A DNA stretch of 64,000 bases, taken from the IMG/VR virus record IMGVR_UViG_3300023178_000030, positions 14,963-78,962 of that record. One strand, 5' to 3'. Shown here in pieces: positions 1 through 10,552 of this stretch (positions are counted from its first letter, which is position 1; each line of letters begins with the position of its first letter). The notes under the pieces were generated by a model. The model worked only from the letters and a program-made list of their open reading frames with translations. It did no database searches and was not told where the DNA came from. Both the position numbers and the translations under genes were made by a program. The DNA comes from a virus.

Positions 1-2
1 TA

Positions 3-1130
3 TCTGATGCAGAAGTTGATTTAAATTGGTTAGTTGAAACAACAGAAAAGTTTTGTAAAGAGAAAGCTGTTTACAATGCAGTTTTAGAATCTATCAAAAT
101 TATTGATGGTAAAGATAAACAAAAACAAATAGATGCAATACCAGATGTTTTATCTGATGCACTATCAGTTGGGTTTGACCAACACATTGGTCATGATTAT
201 GTTGATGATGGTGAAGGAAGATTTGAATTCTATCATAAGAAAGAAGAAAAGATAGAATTTGATTTAGATTATTTTAACAAAATAACTAAAGGTGGTTTAC
301 CACAAAAAACATTAAATGTTGCACTTGCAGGTACAGGTGTTGGTAAATCATTATTCATGTGTCACTTTGCATCATCACTTCTAATGCAAGGTAAAAATGT
401 TTTATATATAACATTAGAAATGGCTGAAGAAAAGATTGCAGAAAGAATTGATGCAAACTTAATGAATGTCACAATGGATGAATTACATCAATTACCTAAA
501 AAGATGTTTGAAGATAGATTGACAAAGATACAATCTAAAACTAAAGGTAGATTGATTATTAAAGAATATCCAACTGCATCTGCTCATGCTGGTCATTTTC
601 GTGCATTGATTAAAGAACTTGCACTAAAGAAATCATTTAAGCCAGATATTATATTTGTTGATTATTTAAATATCTGTGCATCATCAAGATTTAAAGGAAA
701 TGCAAATGTGGGTAGTTACTTCTATATTAAAGCGATTGCAGAGGAACTTCGAGGGTTGGCAGTTGAGAATAATCTACCGATTGTTTCTGCGACACAAACA
801 ACTAGAGGCGGGTATTCAAACAGCGACATTGGAATGGAAGATACATCAGAATCTTTTGCTCTTCCTGCTACGGCTGATTTCATGTTTGCACTTATTTCTA
901 CTGAAGAGCTCGAAAAACTTAATCAAATAATGGTAAAACAGTTAAAGAATCGTTATAATGACCCTAATATGAACAAAAGATTCGTTATTGGTGTTGATAG
1001 AGGTAAAATGAAACTCTATGACTGTGAACAAGAAGCACAAGACGATATCATAGATAACGGTCAAGATGACGATAAACCTCTATTTGACAAGTCTAGAAGT
1101 TACGAAAAATTCTCTGATATTAAAGTTTGA
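3..1130 (+). CDS. gp41: T4 gp41-like replicative DNA helicase (5' truncated by window edge)
   Basis: Frame open from position 3; Walker A LAGTGVGKS, IFVDYLNI, SATQTTR and KQLKNRY motifs. Confidence 0.97.
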   Translation, partial: SDAEVDLNWLVETTEKFCKEKAVYNAVLESIKIIDGKDKQKQIDAIPDVLSDALSVGFDQHIGHDYVDDGEGRFEFYHKKEEKIEFDLDYFNKITKGGLPQKTLNVALAGTGVGKSLFMCHFASSLLMQGKNVLYITLEMAEEKIAERIDANLMNVTMDELHQLPKKMFEDRLTKIQSKTKGRLIIKEYPTASAHAGHFRALIKELALKKSFKPDIIFVDYLNICASSRFKGNANVGSYFYIKAIAEELRGLAVENNLPIVSATQTTRGGYSNSDIGMEDTSESFALPATADFMFALISTEELEKLNQIMVKQLKNRYNDPNMNKRFVIGVDRGKMKLYDCEQEAQDDIIDNGQDDDKPLFDKSRSYEKFSDIKV

Positions 1131-1160
1131 CATCTTTCAAAGATACTGTTATTATAAATA
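1127..1160 (+). promoter_or_regulatory. Composite sigma70 (TTGACA-17-TATTAT) and T4-type late promoter (TATAAATA)
   Basis: TTGACA 1127-1132, TATTAT 1150-1155, TATAAATA 1153-1160. Confidence 0.75.
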
Positions 1161-1198
1161 GTTTGTAATTATTTGTATAAATGGAAAAGGTGTAAAAG

Positions 1199-2662
1199 AT
1201 GAAAACTTTCAAACAATATGTGTTGGCAGAAGCAGATACATCTGGTGCAACCAACACAGAAATAGCAATTTGTTATCAATACAACTTAAATAGAACAAAC
1301 GACCACGATAAGGCACTTTCTGACGGTGGTATTGATCCAAAAGACTTCCAAAAACTAACTCCAGAACTATTAGAAATCGGCAAAAAAGTTGCTGACCAGA
1401 TGGGAAATAGAGGCCCAATGTTGGTTCATTCTGGTAGAGCAACTGCTAGTAAAAACTATTATGAGGGTGCAAGAGATGTTACTCCTAAAGCAGATTTCTT
1501 TGGTAATTCAAAAAATTACATTTCCTTAAAAAAATCAGGTGAAAGTGGTGCTGGTGCTCAATTAATGAGTGCTAAATCTGCTGAAGCTGCTGGTGTTGTA
1601 AAAGCCGCAGTTGGTCATTATGAAAATGCAACTGGTAGTGCTTTATCAAATAACAAAGATTTTGCAAAAGCAATTTCTATTCTAGAACAAGAAATGAAAA
1701 AAACTGCTCGTAATGATTTAAATGTTGAAGTTGCAAAAGGTAAAAAGAGTTTTGAAGATTGGTATGTATCTTCAAGTTCTCGTAGAGATAAAATACTTAA
1801 AAAAGAAAAAAATAAAAAGAAAGTTGATGCACATTTGAAAGCAGAACTTGGTTTGATTGGTGCTACAAGATTTAGTAAAAATCTTGAGAAAAATTTAATT
1901 GGTGGTATTGCACCAATTAGTCAAGCGCAACTTAAAGTGTATTATGATGAATATGCAAATGATTCCAAGTATAAAGTTGGAGATGTTACTGTTAGTGGTA
2001 AATATTTAAAAAATGTATCTAAAGATTTGTTATCTGATGAAGCATTAAAAAAACAAATTACAGAAGTTATTGATACTTCCGTTAAATCTCTAACTTGGCA
2101 AAATGAACTTACAAAATTTTTTACTGATAATGAAGATTTAAAAAAATGGATAGTATATGAAGCAGGTTCTGGATTGTATAAATTCACAGGAGAATATTCT
2201 TCTGGTTCAAATTATTTTGGTTCAGATCAAAATGTTGCAAATAAAATATTAGTATTTTCTAGTGATGGTATTAAAACAGAATATGATATTATGAAATATG
2301 CAGAGGAGAATACATCACTAGTAAATAAGATATCTGTCAGTTATAAAGGTTCTGGTAGAAGCAAATATATTAAACTAGGTATTGCATCTGCAATGGAATA
2401 CGAAATGCCATTTTTAAAAGAAGAAATGGATAAATTAGAAAAACAATATTACTTATCTGAAGGAATTTTTAGTGGTTTGAAAAAGAAACTTTCTACATTT
2501 GTAGATTCTGCAAAAAAACTGATAAAGAAGTTTTATGAAAATGTAATTAAAAGAGTAATAGGAAATATTAAAACACTTGCACAAAAAGGTGTTAATATTT
2601 TTCTAGATTCTATAGGATTGGAATATACTCCAAATGTGACGATTGGAACTCCAAAATGGTGA
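1199..2662 (+). CDS. Hypothetical protein, probable internal head protein, possibly with a nuclease-like fold
   Basis: 487-aa ORF; N-terminus MKTFKQYVLAE resembles the T4 capsid-targeting sequence; PKAD...ISLKK motif. Confidence 0.6.
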   Translation: MKTFKQYVLAEADTSGATNTEIAICYQYNLNRTNDHDKALSDGGIDPKDFQKLTPELLEIGKKVADQMGNRGPMLVHSGRATASKNYYEGARDVTPKADFFGNSKNYISLKKSGESGAGAQLMSAKSAEAAGVVKAAVGHYENATGSALSNNKDFAKAISILEQEMKKTARNDLNVEVAKGKKSFEDWYVSSSSRRDKILKKEKNKKKVDAHLKAELGLIGATRFSKNLEKNLIGGIAPISQAQLKVYYDEYANDSKYKVGDVTVSGKYLKNVSKDLLSDEALKKQITEVIDTSVKSLTWQNELTKFFTDNEDLKKWIVYEAGSGLYKFTGEYSSGSNYFGSDQNVANKILVFSSDGIKTEYDIMKYAEENTSLVNKISVSYKGSGRSKYIKLGIASAMEYEMPFLKEEMDKLEKQYYLSEGIFSGLKKKLSTFVDSAKKLIKKFYENVIKRVIGNIKTLAQKGVNIFLDSIGLEYTPNVTIGTPKW

Positions 2663-3906
2663 TAAGTTTTTCTGATTATCTAACAGAAGATAAAGGTGGT
2701 AAGAATTTACATCTCGAACATATCGAAGATGAGATTCTAAACTATGGTGTTGATGGTGGTAGAGCTGCAATTAATTTTGTTCAATCATTAAGAGATATGT
2801 TAGCAGGTTCTAGTCGTTCATCAATTAATATGACTGTAAAATGGGATGGTGCTCCAGCAATATTTGCTGGCATTGATCCTGAAGATAATAAATTTTTTGT
2901 TGCAAAGAAATCTGTATTTAATATCAATCCAAAACTTTATAAATCAGTTGCAGAGATTGATGCAGATTTATCTGGTCAACTTAATGATAAATTTAAAGTT
3001 GCACTTGCAGAATTTTCTAAACTTAATATTAAAGGTGTTTTGCAAGGTGACTTAATGTTTACATCAGATGATATTAATACAGAAAATATAGATGGAACAA
3101 AGTATTATACATTTCAACCTAATACAATTGTTTATGCAGTTCCAGTAGATTCTGATTTAGGTAAACAAATTAAAAATGCAAAAGTTGGTGTTGTATGGCA
3201 TACAACTTACACAGGTGATGCACTACAAGATATGAAAGCTTCATTTGGTGCAGATGTATCTAATTTAAATAAAGTATCTTCAGTATGGACTGATGATGCA
3301 ACTTATAAAGATGTTTCAGGTAAAGCAACAATGACTGAAAAAGAAACTGCAATTGTAACAAAACATTTATCAAATGCAGGTAAAACTTTTAGAAAAATTA
3401 ATTCATCATTGTTAAAGAGTTTTTTAAATTTACAAAATACATTTACTGGTGTGTATGCAAGTGCAGGTTTAAAAACATATAACAATTCAAAAGTAAGAGA
3501 AGGTAAACCAGTATCAGATGCAAAGAAACACGCACAAGGTTATTTAAAGTGGGTTGAAAATGCATTTGATAAACAGATGAATAAATTAAAGACAGATAAA
3601 AGTAAAGAAAAAGTAAAAGTCAAAAAGACAGAAGTATTAAGAGAATTAAAAAAACATACAGTTAATTTATCAAACATTGTAGATTTTCAGAATCACATTG
3701 TCAATGCAAAAATGGCTGTGGTGAAGAAACTAAATAATGTTAGACAGTTAACAGATACATTTATCAAAACTGCAAATGGATACAAAGTAACAAATCCAGA
3801 AGGTTATGTTGCAATTGATAGAGTAAAAGGAAATGCAGTTAAACTTGTTGACAGAATGGAATTTAGTTTTAATAACTTTACGGCAATAAAAAATTGGGAT
3901 AAGTAA
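2656..3906 (+). CDS. Conserved T4-like myovirus protein (DUF6267-like)
   Basis: KNLHLEHIED, TVKWDGAPA, FQPNTIVY, PEGYV and KLVDRMEFS motifs; usual position upstream of the cytidyltransferase. Confidence 0.75.
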   Translation: MVISFSDYLTEDKGGKNLHLEHIEDEILNYGVDGGRAAINFVQSLRDMLAGSSRSSINMTVKWDGAPAIFAGIDPEDNKFFVAKKSVFNINPKLYKSVAEIDADLSGQLNDKFKVALAEFSKLNIKGVLQGDLMFTSDDINTENIDGTKYYTFQPNTIVYAVPVDSDLGKQIKNAKVGVVWHTTYTGDALQDMKASFGADVSNLNKVSSVWTDDATYKDVSGKATMTEKETAIVTKHLSNAGKTFRKINSSLLKSFLNLQNTFTGVYASAGLKTYNNSKVREGKPVSDAKKHAQGYLKWVENAFDKQMNKLKTDKSKEKVKVKKTEVLRELKKHTVNLSNIVDFQNHIVNAKMAVVKKLNNVRQLTDTFIKTANGYKVTNPEGYVAIDRVKGNAVKLVDRMEFSFNNFTAIKNWDK

Positions 3907-4305
3907 ATGAAAACTTTTAAAGAATTGATGCAATCACTACCAGAGAAGAAAGCAATGAGTTTTGCACAAAGACGAAAAGTAGGTATTCGTATGGGAAGAA
4001 TGGCAAGATCATCTGCATTTCAAGCTAAACTAAAAAGACTTCGAGGTAAAATGGCAACACCTGAAAAGTTAATGAGAAGAGCAAGAAAACAAGCGAAGAT
4101 GTTAGCAATTAAAAAGTTTGGTGGTGTGTCTGCAAAGAATTATGCACAAATGCCTGCATCAAAAAGAGTTACATTTGATAACAGAATTCTTGCAACTAAA
4201 GGTGCATTTATACAAAAAGTTGCAAAGAAGTTATTAAGAGTAGTAAGACAAAAAGAAATACAAAGATTGAAAACTTACAAACAAAATTTGAGTGATAAAA
4301 AATGA
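3907..4305 (+). CDS. Basic hypothetical protein with CTS-like N-terminus
   Basis: 132-aa K/R-rich ORF starting MKTFKEL. Confidence 0.7.
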   Translation: MKTFKELMQSLPEKKAMSFAQRRKVGIRMGRMARSSAFQAKLKRLRGKMATPEKLMRRARKQAKMLAIKKFGGVSAKNYAQMPASKRVTFDNRILATKGAFIQKVAKKLLRVVRQKEIQRLKTYKQNLSDKK

Positions 4306-6653
4306 AGGTAACAAAAGACCGAGCTATACAAAGATTTCAACAGAATCATCCTAAAACAAAAGACTATGATGCGTTTGTAAAAACTCAAGGTGCATCATTA
4401 CAAAAAAAGTTACAGAAGATGGTTGATTTTGCAATGAAGATTCCAAATAAGAAAAATCAAGCAAAATACATTGATAACGAGGTTCGTGATATAGAAAGAG
4501 AATTAATTAAAAACTACGAAAAACAAATGAAAAAAGAAGAAGTTGTTTTAAAAACATTTAAAGATTTAAGGGAAGAAAAAAAGAAAACAGCTGTGTTTAC
4601 TTTTGGTAGATTTAATCCACCAACAATAGGTCATGAAAAACTTATTGATAAAGTTTCTAAAGTTGCAGGTAGTAATTCTTATTTCATTTATCCATCTCAT
4701 TCACAGAATACAAAGAAAGACCCATTACCACAATCTTTAAAGATTGCATATATGAGAAGTATGTTTCCAAAACACGCAAAGAAAATTATTGCAGGAACAG
4801 AAAAGAATGTATTTGACATTGCAGTATCTTTATACAATAAAGGATTTACTGATATAGAAATGGTTGTAGGTTCAGATAGAATTAGAGAATTCAATAAGAT
4901 ATTAACAAAGTACAATGATGTACAAGGTAGACATGGATTTTATAATTTCAAAACTATTACTGTAACTTCTGCTGGTGATAGAGACCCTGATGCAGATGGT
5001 GTAACAGGTATGTCTGCATCTAAAATGAGAGGTGCAGCTTTATCAAATGATTTTGAAACATTTAAATCTGGATTACCAAAAACATTTGGTCATGCACAGA
5101 AAATGTTTAAAGACATTCGTAAGTATATGAAAGTTGTAGAATCATTTAATACAATTTCACCTACATTAACTGAAGAAGATGTTATAAGAGATATGTATTT
5201 AGAAAATAAAATCTTTAACATTGGTGATATAGTTGAAGATGTTTATACTGGAGTTTCTGGTGAGATAATTCGTAGAGGAACAAACTATCTTGTATTTGCA
5301 GAAGAAGATGGAACATCACACAAGAAATGGTTATTTGAAATACAACTAAAAGAAGATTGTTGGCCTGGTTACAAACAAGTTGGAATGAAAGATAAGAATG
5401 GAAAGAAAGTTCCTAATTGTGTTCCAGTAGGTGAAAAGAATGTAAAACAAGATAAAGATGTAAAAGATAAAGAAGGAACACAACCTGCAAAGTATTTTGC
5501 AAAAGATGCTGATGGTGATGAAATGTCAAAGTCTACAAAAGACAAAAGAGATGCACATTTCAAAAAAGGTGCAAGTAAGTCTGATGATGACCCAAGTGCA
5601 TACAAACCAGCGCCTGGTGATAAGGGTGCAAAAACTAAATTATCAAAATACACAAAAGCAATGAAAAAGAAGTATCCTGATTTATATAAAGAATCTGCTG
5701 ATTCTTCACTAAAAAAGAAAGCAGAAAAGTCTGGAATATCTTTCTCAATATTAAAGAAAGTTTACAATCGTGGTGTTGCGGCTTGGAGAACAGGTCACAG
5801 ACCAGGTACTACTCCTCAACAATGGGGTCATGCAAGAGTTAATTCTTTTATGACTGGTGGTAAAACTCGTTCAACTGCTGATAAAGATTTATGGCAACAA
5901 CACAAAGGTAAGAGCGAAGAAGTTAATACTGCTGATGCAATGAAAAGATACAAGTCTGGTAAAGCAGGATTTACTGACATTGCACATTTAAAAGCAAAAG
6001 GTTTAATTAAAAGAAGTGATGGAACAAAAAAGAAATCAGACAAATATGAAGATGGTGGTGCAGGTGATTGGGGAACTGATAAACTTGCAAACAAATATAA
6101 AAAAGATACGCCTGGTCAATCTGTAAAATCATTTACAGAGTTTCGTTCATCATGTTGTGAAGATTGCGAACAAGAATCTGATTTAATTGAATCAAATATT
6201 TACAGAGTTGGTTCTCAAAAGTATTTTGAATACTTTTTGGAAAAGAAAAAACTATACAAAGAAAATAAATTAAAAGTCGATAACAAATTTGACATTGAAC
6301 TATTAGAAGGTGATATTGGTGAATATGCAGAATATGAAGGTAAAAATGTTGCATTAGATACACCAATGTTTGAAGAAGATGATGTTGAATTAAATAAACC
6401 TAAAAGGGGTGGCCCTAAAAAATATTATGTTTATGTGAAAGACCCATCAACAGGTAATGTTAAAAAAGTTACTTGGGGTGATACAACAGGACTTAAAGTT
6501 AAATTAAACGACCCTGAAGCAAGAAAAAGTTTTGCAGCTAGACATAAGTGTGATACTAGAACAGACAAAACTAAAGCATCATATTGGGCGTGTAGATTAC
6601 CAAGATATGCAAAACAACTAGGTTTATCAGGCGGAGGAAACTTTTTTTGGTAG
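4302..6653 (+). CDS. Cytidyltransferase-like (HIGH-family) protein with multiple appended modules
   Basis: FTFGRFNPPTIGHEKL, VVGSDR and SAGDRDPDADGVTGMSASKMR, followed by CWPGYK, AAWRTGHRPG and KSFAARHKC modules. Confidence 0.85.
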   Translation: MKVTKDRAIQRFQQNHPKTKDYDAFVKTQGASLQKKLQKMVDFAMKIPNKKNQAKYIDNEVRDIERELIKNYEKQMKKEEVVLKTFKDLREEKKKTAVFTFGRFNPPTIGHEKLIDKVSKVAGSNSYFIYPSHSQNTKKDPLPQSLKIAYMRSMFPKHAKKIIAGTEKNVFDIAVSLYNKGFTDIEMVVGSDRIREFNKILTKYNDVQGRHGFYNFKTITVTSAGDRDPDADGVTGMSASKMRGAALSNDFETFKSGLPKTFGHAQKMFKDIRKYMKVVESFNTISPTLTEEDVIRDMYLENKIFNIGDIVEDVYTGVSGEIIRRGTNYLVFAEEDGTSHKKWLFEIQLKEDCWPGYKQVGMKDKNGKKVPNCVPVGEKNVKQDKDVKDKEGTQPAKYFAKDADGDEMSKSTKDKRDAHFKKGASKSDDDPSAYKPAPGDKGAKTKLSKYTKAMKKKYPDLYKESADSSLKKKAEKSGISFSILKKVYNRGVAAWRTGHRPGTTPQQWGHARVNSFMTGGKTRSTADKDLWQQHKGKSEEVNTADAMKRYKSGKAGFTDIAHLKAKGLIKRSDGTKKKSDKYEDGGAGDWGTDKLANKYKKDTPGQSVKSFTEFRSSCCEDCEQESDLIESNIYRVGSQKYFEYFLEKKKLYKENKLKVDNKFDIELLEGDIGEYAEYEGKNVALDTPMFEEDDVELNKPKRGGPKKYYVYVKDPSTGNVKKVTWGDTTGLKVKLNDPEARKSFAARHKCDTRTDKTKASYWACRLPRYAKQLGLSGGGNFFW

Positions 6654-6928
6654 AGATATACAAAGATGATAAAAAACCAGAGAACGATTATTTCATTAGA
6701 ACATTTAAACAAACTTGTAGTGAATATGATCTTGTCTGGCATAGAGATAAAAAAGACAGAGATATTATTGTTCTTGAAGGAGAAGGTTGGAGTCTGCAAA
6801 AAGAAGATGAAGATCCTATCGAGCTCGTTAAAGAAAACTTATATCAAGTTAAAGCATATCAGTTTCATAGACTGTTAAAAGGAACTACTGATTTAAAACT
6901 TAAAATTTGGGAAAAAGAAAATGACTAG
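6647..6928 (+). CDS. Small cupin-like hypothetical protein
   Basis: LVWHRD...GEGWSLQ...HRLLKG. Confidence 0.7.
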   Translation: MVEIYKDDKKPENDYFIRTFKQTCSEYDLVWHRDKKDRDIIVLEGEGWSLQKEDEDPIELVKENLYQVKAYQFHRLLKGTTDLKLKIWEKEND

Positions 6929-7328
6929 ATACACAAAAACAATGGCAGAAACTTTACTAGAAGTAAAGAAAAAACAAGAAGCTATTGATGCAACAGATAC
7001 TGGTGGAGAAGAAGAAGTTTCCATGGCAGTAAGACAAGTTAGTGCAATGCAACATTTTTTACAAGGTATAGAATCCAGAGTTAAAGAAACTGGTGATATG
7101 GAAGAATGGTTTCAAAACAAACTAACAAAAGCACATGATTATTTAAAGACACTTTATGCTTATGGTAAAGGTGATATGCAAGAAAAATTAAAAGTATCAG
7201 ATGGACTTGGTGCATGGATATCTGACTTTCAAAAATCTGATGCACCACAATTCGATAACAAAACACCAGAAGAAAAAAAGAAAATGGCAATAGCTGCTTA
7301 TGTTTCGGCTGGCGGAAAATTAGACTAG
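6921..7328 (+). CDS. Hypothetical protein, probable internal head protein
   Basis: 135-aa ORF with WFQNKL and DFQKSDAPQF...MAIAAY modules. Confidence 0.7.
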   Translation: MTRYTKTMAETLLEVKKKQEAIDATDTGGEEEVSMAVRQVSAMQHFLQGIESRVKETGDMEEWFQNKLTKAHDYLKTLYAYGKGDMQEKLKVSDGLGAWISDFQKSDAPQFDNKTPEEKKKMAIAAYVSAGGKLD

Positions 7329-7337
7329 GAGAACAAG

Positions 7338-8585
7338 ATGAAATATCTTAATACTAAAAAAGGCAGTCTTGAAGAAGCTATTGTTAAGACTGTTGCAAAA
7401 GAAAACAATTTTATCTATGCCGCTAAAATGGCAAAGAAAAATGGTGAAAAAACTTTTACTATTGGTGGTAAACAATATGATGTCGAAGAATTTTTAGAAG
7501 GCAAAGTAGAGTGTCCACAATGTAAAGGTGAAGGTTGCGATCATTGTGATAATAAAGGTTATCATATGTCAGAAGCAAAGATTTCTAAAAAAGAAGTTGC
7601 TGATTTAGAGAAAAATAACCAACATGGTGAACTTGCATTAAAACTTGCAAAGTCTTTTGGAACTCCAAAAGAAGTAAAGAAGATTGAAGATATAAACAAA
7701 AGACATGACAAAGCAGGTTCTATTGATCCTAAAGATCAAAAAGAAAGAGATGCAATTGCTAAAAAATATTACAAGATGGTAGAACAGATTGATGAACAAC
7801 CAAGACAATTGAAAGACCCTAAAAAAGAAGTTATGGTTGTTAAGAACAATAATGTAATTGTAATCGACAAAAAAGATTTAGCTTCTTACAAGAAAAAAGG
7901 TTATGAAGTTGCAGAAGATAACACTAATGATGTTTCTGATGATGGTGATGGTATGGACAAAGTACAACCTAAAGCATTAAAGAAAAAATTCAAAGATAGA
8001 AAAGATAAAGATATTGACAATGATGGAGATGTTGATGATTCTGATGAATATCTACACAAAAGAAGAAAAACAGTATCTAAAGCAATTGCAAAGGAGAATG
8101 TTATGAATACACCAGGTAAAGATGATTATGTTGTAGTAATTCAAGGACCAGGCGATAATAAACAAAAAATTATTGCAGTTTTTAAAGGTAAAGCAGAATT
8201 AAACAAAGCTCAAAAATTTAAAAACGATTGGAACAAGAAAAACGCAGACAAAATCAAGAAGAATAAAAAAGGTCAACCTATTCCATCTCATATGGCAAGA
8301 GTTTATATGCATCCAGCAACTGCCACAATGAATGGTAAGCCTCATGTTCCCAAAGTTGGTAATAGTGCTTCATGGTCTGATTTTAGTGATAGACTTATTA
8401 AAGAAGAAAATGTAGTAATTTCTAGAGCTGCACAATTCCTTTCAAGAATGTGGAAAGAATCTTCAGTAAAGAAAGAAGAAGAAAATGATGATGAAAAAGA
8501 AGTGAAAAAGAATGGAAAAACTATGACAGGAAAACCAATGTCTAACATTGAAGTTAATCCTAAAGATGAAAGTAAACATAAATAA
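7338..8585 (+). CDS. Modular K/E/D-rich hypothetical protein
   Basis: RBS AGGAG; CPQCKGEGCDHC and DKDIDNDGDVDDSDEYL modules. Confidence 0.75.
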   Translation: MKYLNTKKGSLEEAIVKTVAKENNFIYAAKMAKKNGEKTFTIGGKQYDVEEFLEGKVECPQCKGEGCDHCDNKGYHMSEAKISKKEVADLEKNNQHGELALKLAKSFGTPKEVKKIEDINKRHDKAGSIDPKDQKERDAIAKKYYKMVEQIDEQPRQLKDPKKEVMVVKNNNVIVIDKKDLASYKKKGYEVAEDNTNDVSDDGDGMDKVQPKALKKKFKDRKDKDIDNDGDVDDSDEYLHKRRKTVSKAIAKENVMNTPGKDDYVVVIQGPGDNKQKIIAVFKGKAELNKAQKFKNDWNKKNADKIKKNKKGQPIPSHMARVYMHPATATMNGKPHVPKVGNSASWSDFSDRLIKEENVVISRAAQFLSRMWKESSVKKEEENDDEKEVKKNGKTMTGKPMSNIEVNPKDESKHK

Positions 8586-8609
8586 AGTATAACAACAAGG
8601 AGAAATACT

Positions 8610-8879
8610 ATGGCTTTATGGGGAACAACAGACCAGACTGCTGATAAACCTTTGAATTTAACAAGTGCAGAAAAAACAGCAACTGCTGGAATTTCTACAA
8701 CAGAGGTTGCAGTCGCAGCTAACAAAGCGAAGGGCGTTGCACACGCTGGGTGGGTAACAACTAGAACCTACACAGATAGTGCTGGACAAACTCGTAACAA
8801 AACTGAAGTTTTGGTTGCAATGTCATCTATCACTAGTGATGATTCAGCAGATGATACAACAATCGGAGCTAATGCTTAA
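8610..8879 (+). CDS. Putative virion structural protein
   Basis: RBS AAGGAG; MALWG...HAGWV...EVLVAM pattern. Confidence 0.65.
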   Translation: MALWGTTDQTADKPLNLTSAEKTATAGISTTEVAVAANKAKGVAHAGWVTTRTYTDSAGQTRNKTEVLVAMSSITSDDSADDTTIGANA

Positions 8880-8898
8880 TATATAAAGGAAAATAATT

Positions 8899-9153
8899 AT
8901 GCCAAATAATTCAAAAAGTTTGAAAATTGAAGATATCAATAAACAAAAAGAAACTCTGCAATCTGACCTTGATAAAGTTCAAGGTCAGTTACAGAACATA
9001 GATAAAGCGAAAGTTCAATTGCAATCGCAGTTAGTTGCACTTAACGGTGCATTACAACAATGTGATTTGTTTTTGCAACAATTAGGTGAGGCGAATCCCG
9101 CTAGTAGCATTCCTTCGCAAGACAATAATGCTGTAACTGAAGCATTGAGTTGA
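8899..9153 (+). CDS. Coiled-coil hypothetical protein
   Basis: Heptad pattern ending ALNGALQQCD. Confidence 0.7.
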   Translation: MPNNSKSLKIEDINKQKETLQSDLDKVQGQLQNIDKAKVQLQSQLVALNGALQQCDLFLQQLGEANPASSIPSQDNNAVTEALS

Positions 9154-9180
9154 AGGTTAACATTATAAGGAGAAGAAAAA

Positions 9181-9627
9181 ATGGCAGATAAAAAAATAAC
9201 TGCACTATCAGATTTAGGAACAGGATTAGCAGGTGAAGATTTACTTCATGTTATTGATGATCCTTCAGGTAATCCTGTAAACAAAAAAATTAGTGTTAAT
9301 GATGTATTTCATAACATACCTACATGGATTGGTTTAGATGGTACACCACAATCAATCACAGCAACAACTGGTGATGTAAATGTAACAACATCAATTACAC
9401 ATATTGACACTACTAGTGGTGCTCATTCAGGTGGTTTACCAGATGGAAGTAATGGTCAAATTAAAATTATCACTATGATTACAGATGGTGGTGATTCAGT
9501 AATTACACCAACTTCACTCGCAAATGGTACTACAATTACTTTTGAAGATGTAAATGATACAGTTACATTACTATTTACTAATTCTAATTGGGTTGTTCTT
9601 TCTAACAATGGAGCTACAGTCGCATAA
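9181..9627 (+). CDS. Putative virion structural (fibre-like) protein
   Basis: MADKKITAL N-terminus; T/G-rich beta composition. Confidence 0.65.
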   Translation: MADKKITALSDLGTGLAGEDLLHVIDDPSGNPVNKKISVNDVFHNIPTWIGLDGTPQSITATTGDVNVTTSITHIDTTSGAHSGGLPDGSNGQIKIITMITDGGDSVITPTSLANGTTITFEDVNDTVTLLFTNSNWVVLSNNGATVA

Positions 9628-9779
9628 TGTGGCCTGAATTGATAGAAGAAAGACCAGTAGAAAAATCATCTGAAGATGATGAAAAAAATATTGAAGCATG
9701 GCCTTTTCCTACAACAGAAAGTATGAAAAGGTCAAAACTTCAACAAGAAAAACAGGATAATAAAAATGAAAAAGTTTAA
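9627..9779 (+). CDS. Small hypothetical protein (50 aa, WPFP motif), not in ORF track
   Basis: TAATG overlap with upstream stop; fills the gap to the next gene. Confidence 0.5.
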   Translation: MWPELIEERPVEKSSEDDEKNIEAWPFPTTESMKRSKLQQEKQDNKNEKV

Positions 9780-10173
9780 AGACTATATTACTGAAAAATC
9801 ATTAGATACTCAAAATGCAGTTGATGATGCTAGTTTCAATAATGATTTAAGTAATCCAGATACAATTGTAAAGATTAATTCTTATCTTGCACAGTTAGGT
9901 AAAATGGAACATTTAGTTCCAGAAAATGCACTTAACAAATTAAAAGACAAACTTGGTAGATTAAGTATTTCTTTTGAAGATGTTGAGTTAACTGGTAAGA
10001 GTGATACTTATGATTTACCTTTAACACAGTTTGGTGGTCGTTTTGGAAAAGACGAAGAAGGTGATATCAATGATGACGGTATTTCACACAAAGTAGAAGG
10101 TGGTTTAAAATTACAACTTAAACATGAAGTAACATCAGGAAACACACATTTCTTAATGGCAAAAATAGTTTAA
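9766..10173 (+). CDS. Hypothetical protein with CTS-like N-terminus
   Basis: MKKFKDYITE; FGGRFGK motif. Confidence 0.7.
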   Translation: MKKFKDYITEKSLDTQNAVDDASFNNDLSNPDTIVKINSYLAQLGKMEHLVPENALNKLKDKLGRLSISFEDVELTGKSDTYDLPLTQFGGRFGKDEEGDINDDGISHKVEGGLKLQLKHEVTSGNTHFLMAKIV

Positions 10174-10189
10174 TTAGTTTTTTTATATT

Positions 10190-10552
10190 ATGTTTGAAAA
10201 AATAACGAATGATAATGTCATTCTTTATGCAATAAAAAATTATGATAATCCACAATGTGAGGGTGAAATAGAGTTTCATGATGACATGAAACGATTTAAG
10301 TACATTAAAAGACTTATTCGTAAATATCATGAAACTGGTGAATTAAAAGAAAGATTGATTTTAAATCACATGATTGTCATTAATAATTTGTTTGGTATAG
10401 AAGCTTCAAGTACATTGTTACTGTTTAAAGTAGAAAAACAATACTGGCATATTTTAAAGTCATTTATGGTATTTCTAAATATGTTACAGAAACATGAATT
10501 AGATGATATAGAAGAAGATAAAAAAATAACAGAGGTATTAGAGAAACTATAA
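10190..10552 (+). CDS. Conserved T4-like myovirus hypothetical protein
   Basis: YDNPQC...RFKYIKRL...ERLILNH pattern. Confidence 0.75.
   Translation: MFEKITNDNVILYAIKNYDNPQCEGEIEFHDDMKRFKYIKRLIRKYHETGELKERLILNHMIVINNLFGIEASSTLLLFKVEKQYWHILKSFMVFLNMLQKHELDDIEEDKKITEVLEKL

Noticed and set aside
9087-9120. GC-richer GCGAA...TTCGC segment in the 3' end of the 8899 ORF as an RNA element
   Set aside because: Pairing is short and lies within coding sequence; not supportable without homologs
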